A stretch of 64,000 nucleotides of DNA from a bacterium (GCA_963692865.2 OY843592.1:3877599-3941598); one strand, 5' to 3'. Shown: positions 19,538 through 29,785, counted from the first letter of the stretch. Numbers and translations: made by a program. The notes: a model not told the origin generated them from the sequence alone.

Positions 19538-20743
19538 CTATATCTCCAGCGGCTCTTTGGGAAAGGACGTAAAGGAAACGCCGCCGTCCTTCGTGACGTG
19601 CACCATGTCCTCGTTGCCGAACAGATAGGTGTTCTCGACGGCGATGCGCGGCTCGACGGCGAGCACCATGTTCTCCTCGAGCGGCATTTTCTCGATTCCC
19701 ATGTCGGGGCGCTCGTGGATGTCCCAGCCCAGGCCGTGGCCCAGGAACCTGTCCCACAAATCGAACCCGGCGTCGCGGGCCATCGCCTCGGCCGTGTCGA
19801 CGAGCCTGCTCGCCACGACGCCCGGCTTCGCCTCCTCGATGACCGTCCGCTGGATATCGAGTATCGTCTCGTAGGCGCGCCGGTGGGTATCCGTCACCGG
19901 CCCCATGGCGCGCGTGCGCGAGGAGTCGACGGGATAGCCTTCGAACCTCATGCAGATGTCCCAGTGCACGACGTTGCCGCGCTCGATGGCCTTGGCCGGG
20001 CTGGGCATGTGCAAGAGCGCGCCCGCCACCGGATAGCCGCTGCAGATGAGGCTGGGCGAGCTGCTGCACGAATCCTCGTAAATCGGGTCGGCGGAGCGCA
20101 TCGCGTGCTCGGCGGCGCGGATGAGTTCGAGCTCCGTCGCGCCGACGCCCTCGGTGCTCAGGATGGCGGCGACGGTCTCGTGCCCCAGGTCCGCGACCCG
20201 GCCCGCCTTGCGCATCATCTCCAGATCGAAATCGCTCTTCACCATCCGGAGTTCCTCCACGATGGTCGAGCGCACGATTTCGAGGTCGGGGAACGTCTCC
20301 CTCATCCCGGCGTAGAGGGGCGCGGGGAACTTGTCGAACGTCTCGACGCCGACGCGCCTGACTTCGCCCGCGTCGCGAATCAGCTTCTCCAGGTTCTCGA
20401 CGGAGAGGCCGTCGCCCTTTTTCGCCGAAAACCCCTCCCCCGCCACGATGCGCGGGACGCACACCTCGCGCGTCGGCATGAGGCCCGGATCGACCATGAG
20501 CGCGGGGTCGTCGCTTTGCGTGATGAAGGCCGCGCCCCCGTCGACGATGGAGGTCTCCGTGGACGTCAGGCTGATCCACCCCGCCCGGTCGGGAAAGTAA
20601 TCGGTGAGATAGCGCAGGCTGCCGGAGAGCTTGTTATTGCCGTAAACGATCAAGGCGTCGTATTCACGCTCCGCCATCAGCCGCCGGGTGTTCGCCAGCC
20701 GTCTGTCGATTTCGGCCTGGAGCACATCGCGTGGAATGGGCAT
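19538..20743 (-). CDS. M24 family Xaa-Pro aminopeptidase-like protein
   Basis: LRMVKS, D/D/H/E/E metal ligands (WD, VDSSRT, GHGLGWDIHERP, VEP, NEDMV). Confidence 0.88.
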   Translation of the reverse strand: MPIPRDVLQAEIDRRLANTRRLMAEREYDALIVYGNNKLSGSLRYLTDYFPDRAGWISLTSTETSIVDGGAAFITQSDDPALMVDPGLMPTREVCVPRIVAGEGFSAKKGDGLSVENLEKLIRDAGEVRRVGVETFDKFPAPLYAGMRETFPDLEIVRSTIVEELRMVKSDFDLEMMRKAGRVADLGHETVAAILSTEGVGATELELIRAAEHAMRSADPIYEDSCSSSPSLICSGYPVAGALLHMPSPAKAIERGNVVHWDICMRFEGYPVDSSRTRAMGPVTDTHRRAYETILDIQRTVIEEAKPGVVASRLVDTAEAMARDAGFDLWDRFLGHGLGWDIHERPDMGIEKMPLEENMVLAVEPRIAVENTYLFGNEDMVHVTKDGGVSFTSFPKEPLEI

Positions 20744-20824
20744 GTCATCCCCCTGGGCGAGCGGACGCGCGGGGAGAGCGGGGTTCGAATCCCCCCGCCT
20801 CCGCGCGGCGCCGCGTTTGAACTC

Positions 20825-21775
20825 CTACTTGATGCCGGCTTTGAGGTTCTTGCCCACCGCCTGAAGCAGTCTCGTATCCAGCGGAATCGTCCCGGTGTCG
20901 ATCGTGTACTTGGACTTGTCGTCCTTGTCCATCGCCACGTCGACGCCCGTGCGCACGAGCTGCTTGCCGACCGAATCGCAAAAAGTCAGCACGGTCGCCA
21001 GCATGTTGCCGCGATAGACTTCCTGCATCGCCTCCTCGACGCCGTTGAAACCCGTGACGATGATCTTGCCGAGCTTCCCGCGCGCCTTCACCGCCTGGAG
21101 CGCGCCGAGCGCCATGTCGTCGTTCACGGCGACGATGGCCGAGATATCGGGATGCGCCGTCAGGATGTCCTCGGCTTTCTTCAAGCCCTGCGCGCGGTCC
21201 CAGTTGGCCGCCCAGACGCCGACCACCTTGATGCCCTTGTACTTGGCCAGCGTGTCCCTGGCGCCCCTTTTCCGCAGGATGCTGGACATGTTGCCCGGCA
21301 CGCCCTCCATGAGCGCGACCTTGCCCTTGCCGCCCAGCTCCTCGGCGACGGCCTTGGCGACCGCGGACTGCCCGTAGTACTGATCCGGCCCGACGAAATG
21401 CCGCGCCACCTGCTTGGCCAGATCGTCGGAATGGATGAGCACGCGGATGCCGCTTTTCTGCACCTTCTTGACCGTCTGCACCATGGCGTTGGGGTCGATG
21501 GCGCTGAAGGCGAGCACGTGCACGCGCTTCTGGATGAGGTCGTCGATCATCTTGGTCACGCCGATGAGGTCGGTGCCGAGAGCGCCGCTCAGGACCGTGA
21601 GCTTGACGTTGGGATGGTTCTTGGCCTCCGCCTCGGCGGAGCGTTTGAGGCAGGCGAAATAGGGGTTCCCCAGCGTCTCCACCACGATGCCGATCTTGAC
21701 CTCCTTCGCGAACGCGGGCGACGTGAACCCGGCGAACGCGACCGCTACGATGACGATACCTATCATGCGCTTCAT
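20825..21775 (-). CDS. sugar ABC transporter substrate-binding protein (RbsB-like)
   Basis: Signal peptide MKRMIGIVIVAVAFA, GNPYF, ANWDR, NDDMALGA; GGGGAGGAG SD before ATG 21775. Confidence 0.9.
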   Translation of the reverse strand: MKRMIGIVIVAVAFAGFTSPAFAKEVKIGIVVETLGNPYFACLKRSAEAEAKNHPNVKLTVLSGALGTDLIGVTKMIDDLIQKRVHVLAFSAIDPNAMVQTVKKVQKSGIRVLIHSDDLAKQVARHFVGPDQYYGQSAVAKAVAEELGGKGKVALMEGVPGNMSSILRKRGARDTLAKYKGIKVVGVWAANWDRAQGLKKAEDILTAHPDISAIVAVNDDMALGALQAVKARGKLGKIIVTGFNGVEEAMQEVYRGNMLATVLTFCDSVGKQLVRTGVDVAMDKDDKSKYTIDTGTIPLDTRLLQAVGKNLKAGIK

Positions 21776-21971
21776 AGACTCTCCTCCCCGGTTGGATCTA
21801 TGACCCAGTGTGCAATCGCATCTTCGGAATTCAGGTGATGGGAAAATGATCACACACGGACTCGCGCGCGTCAAGAAAGAAGATCGGCGGCAGCGCGGAG
21901 AGGCACGGATGAACGCGATGGTTCGTAGGGACAGGCCGCTGCCTACGGAAACCGGCTGGGTCCGACGACGT

Positions 21972-23843
21972 TCAGCGTTTGCCGCCGAAACCACCGAGGA
22001 GGTTGACGCGAGGCGTTCGATCATCAAGCACCCCCGCCATTTCCTCATGCGCCGGGCCAAAGAAGCCGCCGTTGATGCGGTTGTCGGTATCGGAGAAGGC
22101 ATTACCGGTCACTTGGATGGCGTATGCGAGGCTGGGGGCCCGGAAGGGTGTCGGTTTGTTCTCGACGAACACGCGCAGGTTGTCGAACCGTGCCGTGCCG
22201 TTGAGGTTCGAAAGCGTTACTTGGAGTTCCGCGTCGCCGAACACGGGGGGCAGCATGGCCTGCCCAAGATCCACACCAAGCAAAGAACCCGACCAAGATA
22301 CCGTCTCCTTTAAGGCGGGGTTTTGGGCAAGATTCGCACCCGGAGCGACACCGAATGCGTCGGCACCAGCCCATAAAGAATCCCATTCGTAATTGGGTGT
22401 GTTGTGAAATACAAAATCTCCTGCAAATCGAAGGGCCCGCGACACGCCTACTCCAAAAGCGCTGTAGCGTCCCCAAGCCCCAAAACCATAGATTTCCGGT
22501 TCGGACGCTGTTTTGGAATCCAGTACCTGATATCCGCTGTCTGCCAAAATGGCCTTGTCCAATTCGCTCGGGCCGTTGCTCCAAGTGCCATCAGCCCCGA
22601 CGCCGTCACCACAGTACGGTGCATAATATGTCATTATAGATCCAACGCAGCCGCCCGGATGCGCATAATCGACTATGGCACCGGGAGTTCCTGCTGGCAC
22701 ATTCACCCAAAAATCTCCTTCCAGATACCTACGAAACGGGACGGAATTCCCGCCGTTGGCTTCGCGCGCCTTGGGTCCATCGAATGTGCCATTCACGGTG
22801 TTTATGTGGCGCTGAAATCCCTCGAAAGCCCACAAAACATGCCCCAGTTCATGGGCTGCAGTGCCCATTTGCCTGTCCCAGTCAGAACTCCACCCACCTG
22901 GATTTCCGGGAAAACCGGCAACACGTCGAGTGAACGTTATTGTTCCAATCCGCGCTCGTGAATCGCGCGACGCTACTAAACCACCCGCACAAGCAGCAGC
23001 GCCACCACATCCTTCTTCCTCAAAACCCACCGACACATAAAGACCATCTATCGTGAGTTCTTTGAAAACTTGATCATCTAGCGAAATATTTTGGATAGTA
23101 TAAGAACCATAGTCGTTGATATGGTAGGACCACGCTTTCCCAGCCCGCTCAATAGCCGCTCGGATGCTTGAATCAAATACCGCCGCCGAGTTACCTCGGT
23201 ATTCGAACTCTATATTGAGCGTCCCGGCGGGGCCAGATTTCCATTGTCCATAGGTGATCCCGTTTCTTTCGCCGATGACTTCAACATCTTCTGGCCGCAC
23301 GTTGCGAAATCTGGCTCCGGCATTTTCTGGATTTCCGTCAGCGCTATCGAGCAAAACCTTGAGAACCCGTTTCCGTTGGACGATATCCGACTGGTTTACC
23401 ACCGACAGCCCAAGCGCAGACCGCAATGTCTGAGGATCGTTCCAATGATCGAGCAGATCCTCGGCAAAGATATTATTTCTGAAGTAACCCCAAGCCGTTA
23501 CAGTGGGCGCGCCGCCGGTCCGGTCGTAGGTCGCCGTGCCATCCGACGCCACCGTCACCACGCACGCCGGGCCGCCAGACGGACACGAGAGCACCATGTT
23601 GCCATGCTCATCGGAAACGCCCGGCTCAACTGTAATTCGGCCGGGCCGAATGCCATGGCCATAAGGGAGCGGTAAAGACAAATCCGGCGGCGGCACAACC
23701 GGCGGCGATGAAGTGACGCCACCCCCACCGCCACAGGCAGACAAGACAGTCAACAACAACCAAAGTAACGACAACTTGAGGTAAAAACCCCTGATTCCTT
23801 GACGCTTCATATCTTCACTCCCTTGACTCTTTCGAGGTTCCAT
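21972..23843 (-). CDS. surface lipoprotein with HExxH metallopeptidase domain and TbpB-like C-terminal barrel
   Basis: Lipobox LSAC-GGGGG, AHELGHVL, C-terminal GGFFGPAHEEMAGV...GGFGGKR. Confidence 0.7.
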   Translation of the reverse strand: MEPRKSQGSEDMKRQGIRGFYLKLSLLWLLLTVLSACGGGGGVTSSPPVVPPPDLSLPLPYGHGIRPGRITVEPGVSDEHGNMVLSCPSGGPACVVTVASDGTATYDRTGGAPTVTAWGYFRNNIFAEDLLDHWNDPQTLRSALGLSVVNQSDIVQRKRVLKVLLDSADGNPENAGARFRNVRPEDVEVIGERNGITYGQWKSGPAGTLNIEFEYRGNSAAVFDSSIRAAIERAGKAWSYHINDYGSYTIQNISLDDQVFKELTIDGLYVSVGFEEEGCGGAAACAGGLVASRDSRARIGTITFTRRVAGFPGNPGGWSSDWDRQMGTAAHELGHVLWAFEGFQRHINTVNGTFDGPKAREANGGNSVPFRRYLEGDFWVNVPAGTPGAIVDYAHPGGCVGSIMTYYAPYCGDGVGADGTWSNGPSELDKAILADSGYQVLDSKTASEPEIYGFGAWGRYSAFGVGVSRALRFAGDFVFHNTPNYEWDSLWAGADAFGVAPGANLAQNPALKETVSWSGSLLGVDLGQAMLPPVFGDAELQVTLSNLNGTARFDNLRVFVENKPTPFRAPSLAYAIQVTGNAFSDTDNRINGGFFGPAHEEMAGVLDDRTPRVNLLGGFGGKR

Positions 23844-23899
23844 GGGGCGCGACGCCCGGCGACGTAATCAACGAACCCGAACAGATCACACCACCCAAT

Positions 23900-24121
23900 T
23901 CAGCCGTCACATCTCTTGCTGGCCAAATATTCCGGATACATCTCTTTAGGGATTTTGGTAGTTCCGCCCGATGGCACCCAAGTTCCTTCCCGCCGCTCCT
24001 TGCCGGAGGGAATCGAGATTACGGTATTCCAAACGCATTGCCCAACCGGCACTTCAATCATCGTTGACCGACATCCGGCCACCATTGCGAGCAGTATGAT
24101 AAAAATCGCCGCTTCTCTCAT
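23900..24121 (-). CDS. small lipoprotein
   Basis: Hydrophobic leader with VAGC lipobox; GGGAGG SD. Confidence 0.55.
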   Translation of the reverse strand: MREAAIFIILLAMVAGCRSTMIEVPVGQCVWNTVISIPSGKERREGTWVPSGGTTKIPKEMYPEYLASKRCDG

Positions 24122-24378
24122 GATTCCGCCTCCCTGTTATGCATCGTTGCATGTCTCGCCCAAATCCAATTCGGTACCAATACCGTCCGGCGTCCAACCC
24201 GACACCACAGCAACAAAAGAAGCGGGGCCAAACCGTTGGAACATGCGCGAGAGCTCGATTCGCCGCACAAGCGGGACCGCAGGCGTACCCGCAATCGCCG
24301 ATCCAGCAATGCGCTCATTCGCCGTTCAGGCCTCAACCATTGCGCCTAAACCGAGGGCGCTCTAACAATCCGCGAATT

Positions 24379-25314
24379 CTATCTGTCGCCTATTTCCTTT
24401 GTTTTTCGGTCGATTTCTACCCATGGCGACAAAAAACCATCCCTCCTCAACGTCACGGTCGTGCGAAATCCCTTCGATCTTAAGGGAAACATGAATCTCT
24501 GAACTCCAGCTACACGCCCCACCTCATCGGTCCGGACCGGGAAGTCGTTCAGCTCCAAGGTCCAGTCTCCCAAGATACTCTTGTCGACCGTCGTAAACAT
24601 CGCGTAGAAAGTGGTTTCTCTACCAGGGCGAATTCGCACGTCCGATCCCAGAATTTTCAGGGGCCGCAAAGTTCCGACCACTCCCTTGCCGCTGATGCAC
24701 GGGAGCTTGGCCCTGATGTTCTGCGCAAGGATCTGGAAATCAGCCAACTCGTTGTCGTTGCCTGCCGGATCGACCAGAACTGCATCCGCCCGATCGAGCC
24801 TCAAAACGTTCGGTGTGCCATTCGTGATCCTGAACCGCCTTACATAAACTCCCTCCAGCGGGTCGACTTTGATCATTACCCTGGTTTTCTGGATGGAAAC
24901 CCGCCCCGTCCTCGCATTTACGTAACGCTTGGTATTGAATCGAAGATGAGCACCCTCGCAGGCCTGTACTACAACTGGCTGTACAAGGTCTTCTATTTCA
25001 CCTTGATCCTCGATAGTAACATTGTCCTTTGTTTGCTTTTTTTGATGATCTTCGGCCGCGACGATGGCAAAAGTGTCGATGTGCCGCAGTTTCGTCTCCG
25101 GTTCCCCTCCCGCGCACGCTGCAAGAACCAACAAGAAAGAAAGCGGAACAATACGGAAATATTTTGGCGGACAAATTGCAACAAAATCGGCAAGCCAACT
25201 GCGCAACCTGTCAATCAAACTCCAATCACTGAAGAAAAAATCGATATCGCACAGGTGGCGACGGAAAGGAACCATTTTCACATTCTCCTTGATTTGAGGT
25301 TTGTATACGTCCAA
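24379..25314 (-). CDS. hypothetical lipoprotein
   Basis: 311-aa ORF with internal LAAC lipobox, so the true start is probably downstream. Confidence 0.6.
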   Translation of the reverse strand: MDVYKPQIKENVKMVPFRRHLCDIDFFFSDWSLIDRLRSWLADFVAICPPKYFRIVPLSFLLVLAACAGGEPETKLRHIDTFAIVAAEDHQKKQTKDNVTIEDQGEIEDLVQPVVVQACEGAHLRFNTKRYVNARTGRVSIQKTRVMIKVDPLEGVYVRRFRITNGTPNVLRLDRADAVLVDPAGNDNELADFQILAQNIRAKLPCISGKGVVGTLRPLKILGSDVRIRPGRETTFYAMFTTVDKSILGDWTLELNDFPVRTDEVGRVAGVQRFMFPLRSKGFRTTVTLRRDGFLSPWVEIDRKTKEIGDR

Positions 25315-25415
25315 TCATGTTTGCTCTAGTCCGAGGATCAGCCCTAGACCAATACCTGGAAAAAACTCTCGATAGGGCTCAAGTTTAATGACACAGGCAA
25401 CCTTAAAAGTATCCG

Positions 25416-25670
25416 ATGCATTCCGGTATGAAATGCTTTTTGACGGGGGCTTTCTTCAGTATTGTGGGAGAGAAATCCACGAGTACTTGGGGACTTGAAT
25501 CGATCAAGCCCCCACTGGACAGCGGCAATACTGTCGAAGGGTTTGATGCAGGAATTTTGCTCGCAAATGGAGAAACGATTCGCGCTATTATCGCAATCGA
25601 ACGCGCAGTCCGTTTCGACCCCGAAAACGACTATATGGAAGCTTTTCGCGCCGCAAAAGAGGTCAGCTAA
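25416..25670 (+). CDS. hypothetical protein (TPR-like C-terminal helix pair)
   Basis: 84-aa ORF with AIERAVRFDPEN segment; may be a fragment. Confidence 0.3.
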   Translation: MHSGMKCFLTGAFFSIVGEKSTSTWGLESIKPPLDSGNTVEGFDAGILLANGETIRAIIAIERAVRFDPENDYMEAFRAAKEVS

Positions 25671-25686
25671 TTTTGGTCCTTTTCCT

Positions 25687-25731
25687 GTGTCGGGGTGTCG
25701 GGGTGTCGGGGTGTCGGGGTGTCGGGGTGTC
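25687..25731. repeat. 8-bp tandem repeat (GTGTCGGG) x5.6
   Basis: Read directly from the sequence. Confidence 0.95.
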
Positions 25732-26264
25732 CTTGGCGCATGTTAGCATCCTTACCCGAATGTAACAATATGAGTGATTTCACCACCTCGCTGAACTTTG
25801 CCATACACGGGGTTGTGGCTTTCGGCGAACTCTCGCGCTTTATGCGTTCAGACTCTTGCAGATCATGCGCCAGCCAAGAATCCCCGGCGCGATTTCTTTC
25901 TTCTAGGCACATCATGCCTTCATGTCCTACGCTCTTCACTTTGACAGGGATACCCATGAAGCCACAGTGAGAGCAATACGTCTCACCGGGCCAACTCTGT
26001 TTCTGAAGCCAACAAACTACTTTGCCTATTATTAGGCTTTTAATACACCAAAAGATTTGGTTAGGCAAGCATTACAACCCGAATTCTTCTGGATGTCGTT
26101 GCCGAGCACCCTCAAGGGGAGGTAGGGGCAAAGCAGGCTCTGGGCGGCTCCTCTTTGGCAGGGTCGCGCCACACCCCCTCGACACGCTCGGGACGGAGGA
26201 AAACAGTCTTTCCATCCCTACTCGCCGTGAACCCCCTTTGTAAGGGGAACCTTTTCAACAACCC

Positions 26265-28010
26265 CTACTTCGGCGGGATGATCGGCAAGAGCACGTGGGA
26301 GGGATGCTCGGGGCCGGTGTGGACCGTCACCTCGCCGCCGAACACCTCGGGCGGCCTGTCGGCAGGGTCGTCGTGCCGGAACGGCCCCACGCCCGAGAAT
26401 ACGGCGGGCATGTTGGGAAGCCCCCGGGTGACGCCGCCCGGATAGACGTAGTCGCACCCCCGGACGCTCAAGGCGATGCGGTAGCCTTTGGGAACCACGA
26501 TGCAGGTCGGCCAGATCTCCACGTCCAGCTCGTATATCTCGCCCGGGGTGAGCGGCTGAATCTCATCGTGCGCGTGGTAGGGCCGGTAGGGCAGCGTGAG
26601 AGCATCATCCAGCTTCCGGTGCGAGGCCCGGAGCCAGCCCTGGGCCACCGGGGTGTGGGGGTCGAGCGCGCCCTGGAAGGTGACTTCCCTGAAATCGGGC
26701 GTGAAGACTCTGAGGACGAGGAACAGGTCGGCGTCTTCGGTCTCGGAGGACACCCACAGCTTCGACGCCAGGGGGCCCGTGATCTCGGTTTCGCGCTTCA
26801 AGGGGGGCGAGACGAACGTCACCCCGTCGCTCAATCCGGCGTAGGTCGCCGAACCCGCCTCGGCGGGCGCGGCCGCGCCGAGCAGGTGGCCTTCCGTATG
26901 GAGATAGAGCTTCGTCCAGTTCGTGCGCGCGATGGGCCACTCGTTCTCCGCGCGCTCCACGAACTTCTCGCCGGGGTGGCGAATCTGAAGCAGGACCCTC
27001 GGTTGCTCCTTCCAGCCCGTATCCTCGCCCTTCAAGTAATGCCCGAAGAATTTCTTCTGGAGCGCGACGCCGTAATCGGTGTAAAACTCCGTCCAGTGCT
27101 CGATGCCGTGGCTCTCCAGCCATTTCTCTTCTGAAGCCGCGCGCATGAAGGCCTCGCAGTTGCCCCTCGGGTGAAGCCCCTGCCCGCCCCAGTTGTTGGA
27201 TGAGAGAAAGGGCACCTCGACTTTCGACCAGTCGGGGGTCTTGTTCTTCCAGTACTCATCATCGAGCGGGTGCGCGCGCATCTCCGCCCCCAGAGGACAG
27301 CGGTTGGCGCCCAGTTCCTCCTCGCTCAGCGTATCCGGCCCCGAGACCCAGTCGCCCGTCACCCGGCTCTTGTAGCCGCGTTCGCCCAGGCCGTGCTGTT
27401 TGGAGCGCCCCCTGTTCTGATACCAGTTCTCCGTGAACGTGCAGTAGATGCCCCCGTGGTAGTTCATGTCGCGGTAAAAATCCGCCGCCCCCTCCCAGGC
27501 GCACATGGCGACCAAGTGCGGGGGTTTCAGGCACGCGACCTGCCACTGGTTGATGGCGTAATAGGAGATGCCGTTCGCCCCCACCTTCCCGTTGCTCCAG
27601 GGCTGGACGCCCGCCCACTCGATGCACTCGTAGAAATCGCGCGTCTCGCGATCCGAGAAGGGGTCCATGTACCCCGGCGAGCGGCCGGCGCCCCTCGAAT
27701 CCACCCGCACGCAGGCGTAGCCGTCCGGCACCCATTTCTCGGGGTCCACGACCTCCCAGTTCTGGTATTTGTTCGAAGAGCCCGCGGCGACGTCGGGGTG
27801 TTGCTCCACCATGCGCCGCCACTGCTCCGGATAGCCGTCCTCGAAGTGGAGCCACTTCCCGTAAATCCCGTAGGTGATGATGACGGGATAGCGGCCCTCC
27901 TCTACGGGCCGGTAGACGTCGCAGCGCAGCACCAGGCCGTCGTCCATCTCGACCGGAACCTCCCAGTCGATCCGCATGCCGTCGGCAATTTCCGATTTAC
28001 GCCCTCTCAT
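26265..28010 (-). CDS. CocE/NonD family hydrolase, copy 1
   Basis: DSRGAGRSPG, GISYY nucleophile motif, PepX-like C-terminal domain. Confidence 0.92.
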   Translation of the reverse strand: MRGRKSEIADGMRIDWEVPVEMDDGLVLRCDVYRPVEEGRYPVIITYGIYGKWLHFEDGYPEQWRRMVEQHPDVAAGSSNKYQNWEVVDPEKWVPDGYACVRVDSRGAGRSPGYMDPFSDRETRDFYECIEWAGVQPWSNGKVGANGISYYAINQWQVACLKPPHLVAMCAWEGAADFYRDMNYHGGIYCTFTENWYQNRGRSKQHGLGERGYKSRVTGDWVSGPDTLSEEELGANRCPLGAEMRAHPLDDEYWKNKTPDWSKVEVPFLSSNNWGGQGLHPRGNCEAFMRAASEEKWLESHGIEHWTEFYTDYGVALQKKFFGHYLKGEDTGWKEQPRVLLQIRHPGEKFVERAENEWPIARTNWTKLYLHTEGHLLGAAAPAEAGSATYAGLSDGVTFVSPPLKRETEITGPLASKLWVSSETEDADLFLVLRVFTPDFREVTFQGALDPHTPVAQGWLRASHRKLDDALTLPYRPYHAHDEIQPLTPGEIYELDVEIWPTCIVVPKGYRIALSVRGCDYVYPGGVTRGLPNMPAVFSGVGPFRHDDPADRPPEVFGGEVTVHTGPEHPSHVLLPIIPPK

Positions 28011-28036
28011 CGCTCACCTCTCGTCTTCATCAGGAA

Positions 28037-29785
28037 TCATCCTTTCTGTGGTATCACCGGCAGCAATACGTGGGAGGGATGCGCCGGGCCGGTGTGGAGC
28101 GTCACCTTTCCGCCGAAGAGCTCCGTCGGCCTGTCCTCTTTCAGATCGTGCTTGAAGGGTCCCACCCCGTAGTAGACGCGGCCCGATATCTTTGGCGCCG
28201 TCGGCTCATAGCCCGGCCAGACGTAATCGCGCCCCCGGATGCTCAAGGCCAGGCGGTATTCTTTGGGGATCACGATGGAGGTCGGCCAAATCTCCACATC
28301 CAGTTCGTATATCTCGCCCGGCGTGAGCGGCTGCACCTCATCGTGCGCGTGGTAGGGCCTGTAGGGCAGCGTGAGGGACTCATCGAGCTTCCGGTGCGAA
28401 GCCCTCAGCCAGCCGATGGCGACGGGCGTGTGCGGGTCGTTCGCGCCCCGGTAGACGATCTCGGTCATGTCCGGCGTGAAAACGCGCAGGGTGAGGAACA
28501 GATCCGCGTCCTCGGTGTCCGAGGAGACGAACAGCTTGGCCGCCACGGGGCCGGTGATCTCGGTTTCCTCGGCGAAGGGCGGCGAGATGTAGATCAAGCC
28601 GTCGCCCAGGGCGTCATAGGTCTTCGTCCGCTCGTTGGTCTGGGGTTCGGGCCTGAAGGTTCCCGAGCCGGAATGGAGGTAATACTTCGTCCACTGCGTG
28701 CGCGCGATGGGCCACTCGCTCTCCGCGCGCGGCGCGAACTTCTCGCCGGGATGGCGCACGAGGAGCTGGACTCTCGGCTGCTCCGCCCAGCCGGTGTCCT
28801 CGCCTTTCAGGAAGTGGCCGAAGAATTTCTTCTGGAGCGCGACGCCGTAATCGGTGTAAAACTCCGTGAAATGCTCCAGCCCGTGCATCTCCAGCCATTT
28901 CTGGTCGGTGGCCGATTGCACGAAGCCCTCCGTGTTGCCCCTGGGGTGCAGGCCCACCCCGCCCCAGTTGCCCGCAGACAGGAGCGGCACGTTGATCTTC
29001 GAGTAATCGGGCATGCGAGCGCGCCAGTAATCATCCACCAGGGGATGATCGAGAATATCCTGGCCGAAATCGCTCCTGTTGGAAGCAAGTTCCTCTTCGC
29101 TCAGGTTGGCGGGGCCGGAAATCCAGTCGCCGTTGATGCGGCTCTTGATGCCGCGGTTTCCCTTGCCGTGCTGGCGGGGCACGACGGCCTGGCCGTACCA
29201 GGTGTCCGAGAAGCGGCAGGCGATGCCCCCGTGGTGGGCGAGGTCGCGGTAGAAATCGGCCGCCCCCTCCCAGACGCACATGGCCGCCAGGTGCGGCGGC
29301 TGGAGCGATGCCACCTGCCACTGGTTCATCCCGTAGTAGGAGATGCCGTTCAGCCCCACCTTCCCGTTGCTCCAGGGCTGCGCGCCCGCCCACTCGATGC
29401 AGTCGTAAAAATCCCTGGTCTCGCGCGGGGACCACACCTCCAGATAACCCGGCGAGCGGCCCGCGCCGCGCGAGTCCACCCGGACGCAGGCGTAGCCGTC
29501 CGGCACCCATTTCTCGGGGTCGACGAGCTCCCAGTTCTGGTATTTGTTGGTGGTGCCCATGACGGTCTCGGGGTAGTCGTTCACCATGAGGCTCCACTGG
29601 TGGGGATAGCCGTCCTGAAGATGAAGCCACTTGCAGTAGGGGCCGTAGCTCATGATGACGGGGTATTGGCCGTCCTCAATGGGCCGGTAGACGTCGCAGC
29701 GCAGCACCACGCCTTCGTCCATCTCGATGGGCGCGTCCCAGTCGACCCGCATCCCGTCCCTCACTTCGCTCTTGTACTCGCTCAT
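28037..29785 (-). CDS. CocE/NonD family hydrolase, copy 2
   Basis: Same motifs; close paralog of the adjacent gene. Confidence 0.92.
   Translation of the reverse strand: MSEYKSEVRDGMRVDWDAPIEMDEGVVLRCDVYRPIEDGQYPVIMSYGPYCKWLHLQDGYPHQWSLMVNDYPETVMGTTNKYQNWELVDPEKWVPDGYACVRVDSRGAGRSPGYLEVWSPRETRDFYDCIEWAGAQPWSNGKVGLNGISYYGMNQWQVASLQPPHLAAMCVWEGAADFYRDLAHHGGIACRFSDTWYGQAVVPRQHGKGNRGIKSRINGDWISGPANLSEEELASNRSDFGQDILDHPLVDDYWRARMPDYSKINVPLLSAGNWGGVGLHPRGNTEGFVQSATDQKWLEMHGLEHFTEFYTDYGVALQKKFFGHFLKGEDTGWAEQPRVQLLVRHPGEKFAPRAESEWPIARTQWTKYYLHSGSGTFRPEPQTNERTKTYDALGDGLIYISPPFAEETEITGPVAAKLFVSSDTEDADLFLTLRVFTPDMTEIVYRGANDPHTPVAIGWLRASHRKLDESLTLPYRPYHAHDEVQPLTPGEIYELDVEIWPTSIVIPKEYRLALSIRGRDYVWPGYEPTAPKISGRVYYGVGPFKHDLKEDRPTELFGGKVTLHTGPAHPSHVLLPVIPQKG

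Noticed and set aside
19433-21838. Long antisense ORFs (801 aa here; also 28070-29851, 8862-10001, 14081-15493)
   Set aside because: Shadow frames typical of high-GC coding DNA, opposite well-supported genes.
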